A stretch of 25,922 nucleotides of DNA, taken from IMG/VR virus record IMGVR_UViG_3300032282_004584, positions 1 through 25,922 of that record, one strand, 5' to 3'. The position numbers and the translations under genes are program-made. Shown here piece by piece: positions 24,420 to 25,922 of the stretch (position 1 is its first letter; every line of letters begins with the position of its first letter). Source of the DNA: a virus. Lineage: Duplodnaviria > Caudoviricetes. The notes beneath the pieces were generated by a model, which made no database searches, was not told the DNA's origin, and saw nothing but the letters and a program-made list of their open reading frames with translations.

Positions 24420-25445
24420 TTAATTCCAATTTTGTTGCATTATTTGATAACCAATAGACTCTAAATCTGTTGACCTATCATAACTTTTTACATCTTGAGC
24501 CATACGAGTAACTGCATTACCTAATCCCCAACTTGTTAAATCACCACCTTTGATTAAATGAGCTAATACATTACTTTGTTCAAAATCATTAAAAGAGTAT
24601 TTTTTAGAAACTAATTCAATAGCTTTTTCAGGCATTAAAATTTGTTTTTCTGTACTTTCTCTCATTGTTTCAACTATTTTATTAAATGTAGTTTCTTCAA
24701 GTGTGTACTTAACTAAATCTCTAACAGTTAACCAAAAAGCTTTATCTTCAGCTCTAAGAGTATCATTAGCAAATTCAATTTGCATCATATCTGTAGCTTT
24801 TCCAGCATGATATTTACGCATAGCATAGTCATCTGCAATAGCTCCATTACTGCAAACTAATCTATAAACTAATGGTTTAACACTTAAACTACCATGTCCA
24901 GTTTCGCTATTACTAATAATAATACCAGCACTTACAACATCTCCTTTTTTTACTTCAGCTTGAACTTTATGAGTAATAGCTTTTATATATAACTTATTGT
25001 CAGTTATTTCGCAGCTTTCAATTTCTACTTGAGCATCATTTAACATAGGTAATATATTTTGAGCTAAGTCAAAATTATCTAATCTACGATACTTATCGCT
25101 TAATACTGCTCTTACTTTACCATCTAATGTTCTAACTGTTCTTCTAGAATCTGAATTAAGTAACCAATGATTAACGTTTTTAGTTAATAAATCTGGATGA
25201 GGTATCATCATATCATAATATTTTTTTGGAATATCACAAAATGAACCTAATTGCTGATGGCCATTTTGCGTTAATCCACCAGTAAATAATTCTTCGCTAT
25301 TGTCTTTGATACCGAATCCTAATTCCATTTCGTTACCATGTACAAATGCGCTAATTCTGTTTGCTGGAATTAAAAAGTCTCTTTTAGCATCTTGTTGTCT
25401 TTGGATTTCGATTGCTAATTCTTGTAGTGTTTTTCCGTTTTTCAT
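24420..25445 (-). CDS. DUF932/DUF945-like phage protein
   Basis: RAVLSDKYRRLDN, GIIISNSETGHGSLSV and YRLVCSNGAI, plus WGLGNAVT at the C-terminus. Confidence 0.8.
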   Translation of the reverse strand: MKNGKTLQELAIEIQRQQDAKRDFLIPANRISAFVHGNEMELGFGIKDNSEELFTGGLTQNGHQQLGSFCDIPKKYYDMMIPHPDLLTKNVNHWLLNSDSRRTVRTLDGKVRAVLSDKYRRLDNFDLAQNILPMLNDAQVEIESCEITDNKLYIKAITHKVQAEVKKGDVVSAGIIISNSETGHGSLSVKPLVYRLVCSNGAIADDYAMRKYHAGKATDMMQIEFANDTLRAEDKAFWLTVRDLVKYTLEETTFNKIVETMRESTEKQILMPEKAIELVSKKYSFNDFEQSNVLAHLIKGGDLTSWGLGNAVTRMAQDVKSYDRSTDLESIGYQIMQQNWN

Positions 25446-25588
25446 TTTTTTTGTTTTTTATTGGTTATATAATTATTTTTGATATTTAAAAATTTTTTTT
25501 ACTTTTTAACATTTAGCTATTTTTTGTAAACCACCACTCCGGCTTTGATTTTTTTTTTCATGTATACTAATTTAGCGTTTTTCAATAT

Positions 25589-25834
25589 TTAATTCTGTAC
25601 TGCTGGATTGCTACAGGTTAAATCTTGTTGATAATCTTTTTGTGTAAAATTTTTGAAAATTGTCGTTTTTCCAACTTTCGGTTCGTTATACTTAAGTGTA
25701 TAACTTGTTAAGATTTCGTATTCATTTATGTAGTTAACTACTTTAAATAAATCTACGTTATCTATTATAACGCCTGTTGTTTTTGCTAATCTAACTGCTT
25801 CATTTACAGTTAGTTGTGTTGTTGTTGTTTTCAT
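25589..25834 (-). CDS. Hypothetical protein
   Basis: 81-aa ORF downstream of a TATATTTG box. Confidence 0.6.
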   Translation of the reverse strand: MKTTTTQLTVNEAVRLAKTTGVIIDNVDLFKVVNYINEYEILTSYTLKYNEPKVGKTTIFKNFTQKDYQQDLTCSNPAVQN

Positions 25835-25870
25835 ACTTCTAATTAGTTTTTTTAGGTTAGTAATAATTTG

Positions 25871-25884
25871 ATGTTACAAATATA
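25871..25884 (-). promoter_or_regulatory. Bacteroidota-type -7 promoter box TATATTTG(TAACAT)
   Basis: TAnnTTTG match followed by TAACAT, as in the duplicated element, ~43 nt upstream of the ATG at 25834. Confidence 0.6.
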
Positions 25885-25922
25885 ACTCTTTTATTTTATA
25901 CAGGTTTAAAAAAGTTTTAAAA

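Noticed and set aside
130-25482. All plus-strand ORFs in the track (e.g. 130-312, 481-747, 3529-3813, 8339-8689, 25300-25482)
   Set aside because: They are F/L/S/I-rich antisense shadows of well-supported minus-strand genes, with no recognisable motifs.
25468-25588. Short frames around a GC-richer patch (CCGGAGTGGTGG) and a T10 run
   Set aside because: No frame gives a convincing gene and I saw no stable hairpin. It may be a remnant or a homopolymer error, but I cannot support either.
1-25922. Alternative genetic code (stop-codon reassignment as in some Bacteroidota phages)
   Set aside because: Conserved genes are full-length and tightly packed under code 11. TGA and TAG occur at sensible gene ends.
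1-25922. tRNA, rRNA or IS/transposase features
   Set aside because: Intergenic gaps are short and AT-rich, with no cloverleaf, rRNA-like sequence, transposase motif or terminal inverted repeats seen.

Overview
This is a very AT-rich, gene-dense segment with all supportable genes on the minus strand. It is most likely from a large lytic phage of a Bacteroidota host: it has TAnnTTTG -7 promoter boxes, A-rich translation starts and almost no Shine-Dalgarno sites. In transcription order (right to left) it carries: a DUF932-like gene and terminator; a putative DNA-hypermodification cluster (DUF6378, SGNH-like protein, myo-inositol-1-phosphate synthase, HAD phosphatase, FkbM-like methyltransferase, aGPT-Pplase1/amino acid:DNA transferase-like protein, MazG, and a thymidylate-synthase homolog with the dCMP-type Asp); a replication block (initiator-like protein, DnaB, DnaA domain IV protein, HTH, RecE-like exonuclease); an array of small ORFs joined by a ~22-bp repeat; a glycosyltransferase/methyltransferase cluster; RecT, RHH and VRR-NUC genes; three unrelated proteins (TopIB core, unknown, ART-PolyVal) that all end in [YM]xxGG-x4-5-FxYxIGGL; and a >1,220-aa polyprotein-like ORF, missing from the ORF track, whose domains are separated by [MFK]xxGGx[ILV] linkers. 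The two best candidates for undescribed systems are the di-glycine linker/C-terminal tag system and a possible inositol-based DNA base modification. All family calls come from motif recognition by eye; no database search was run.
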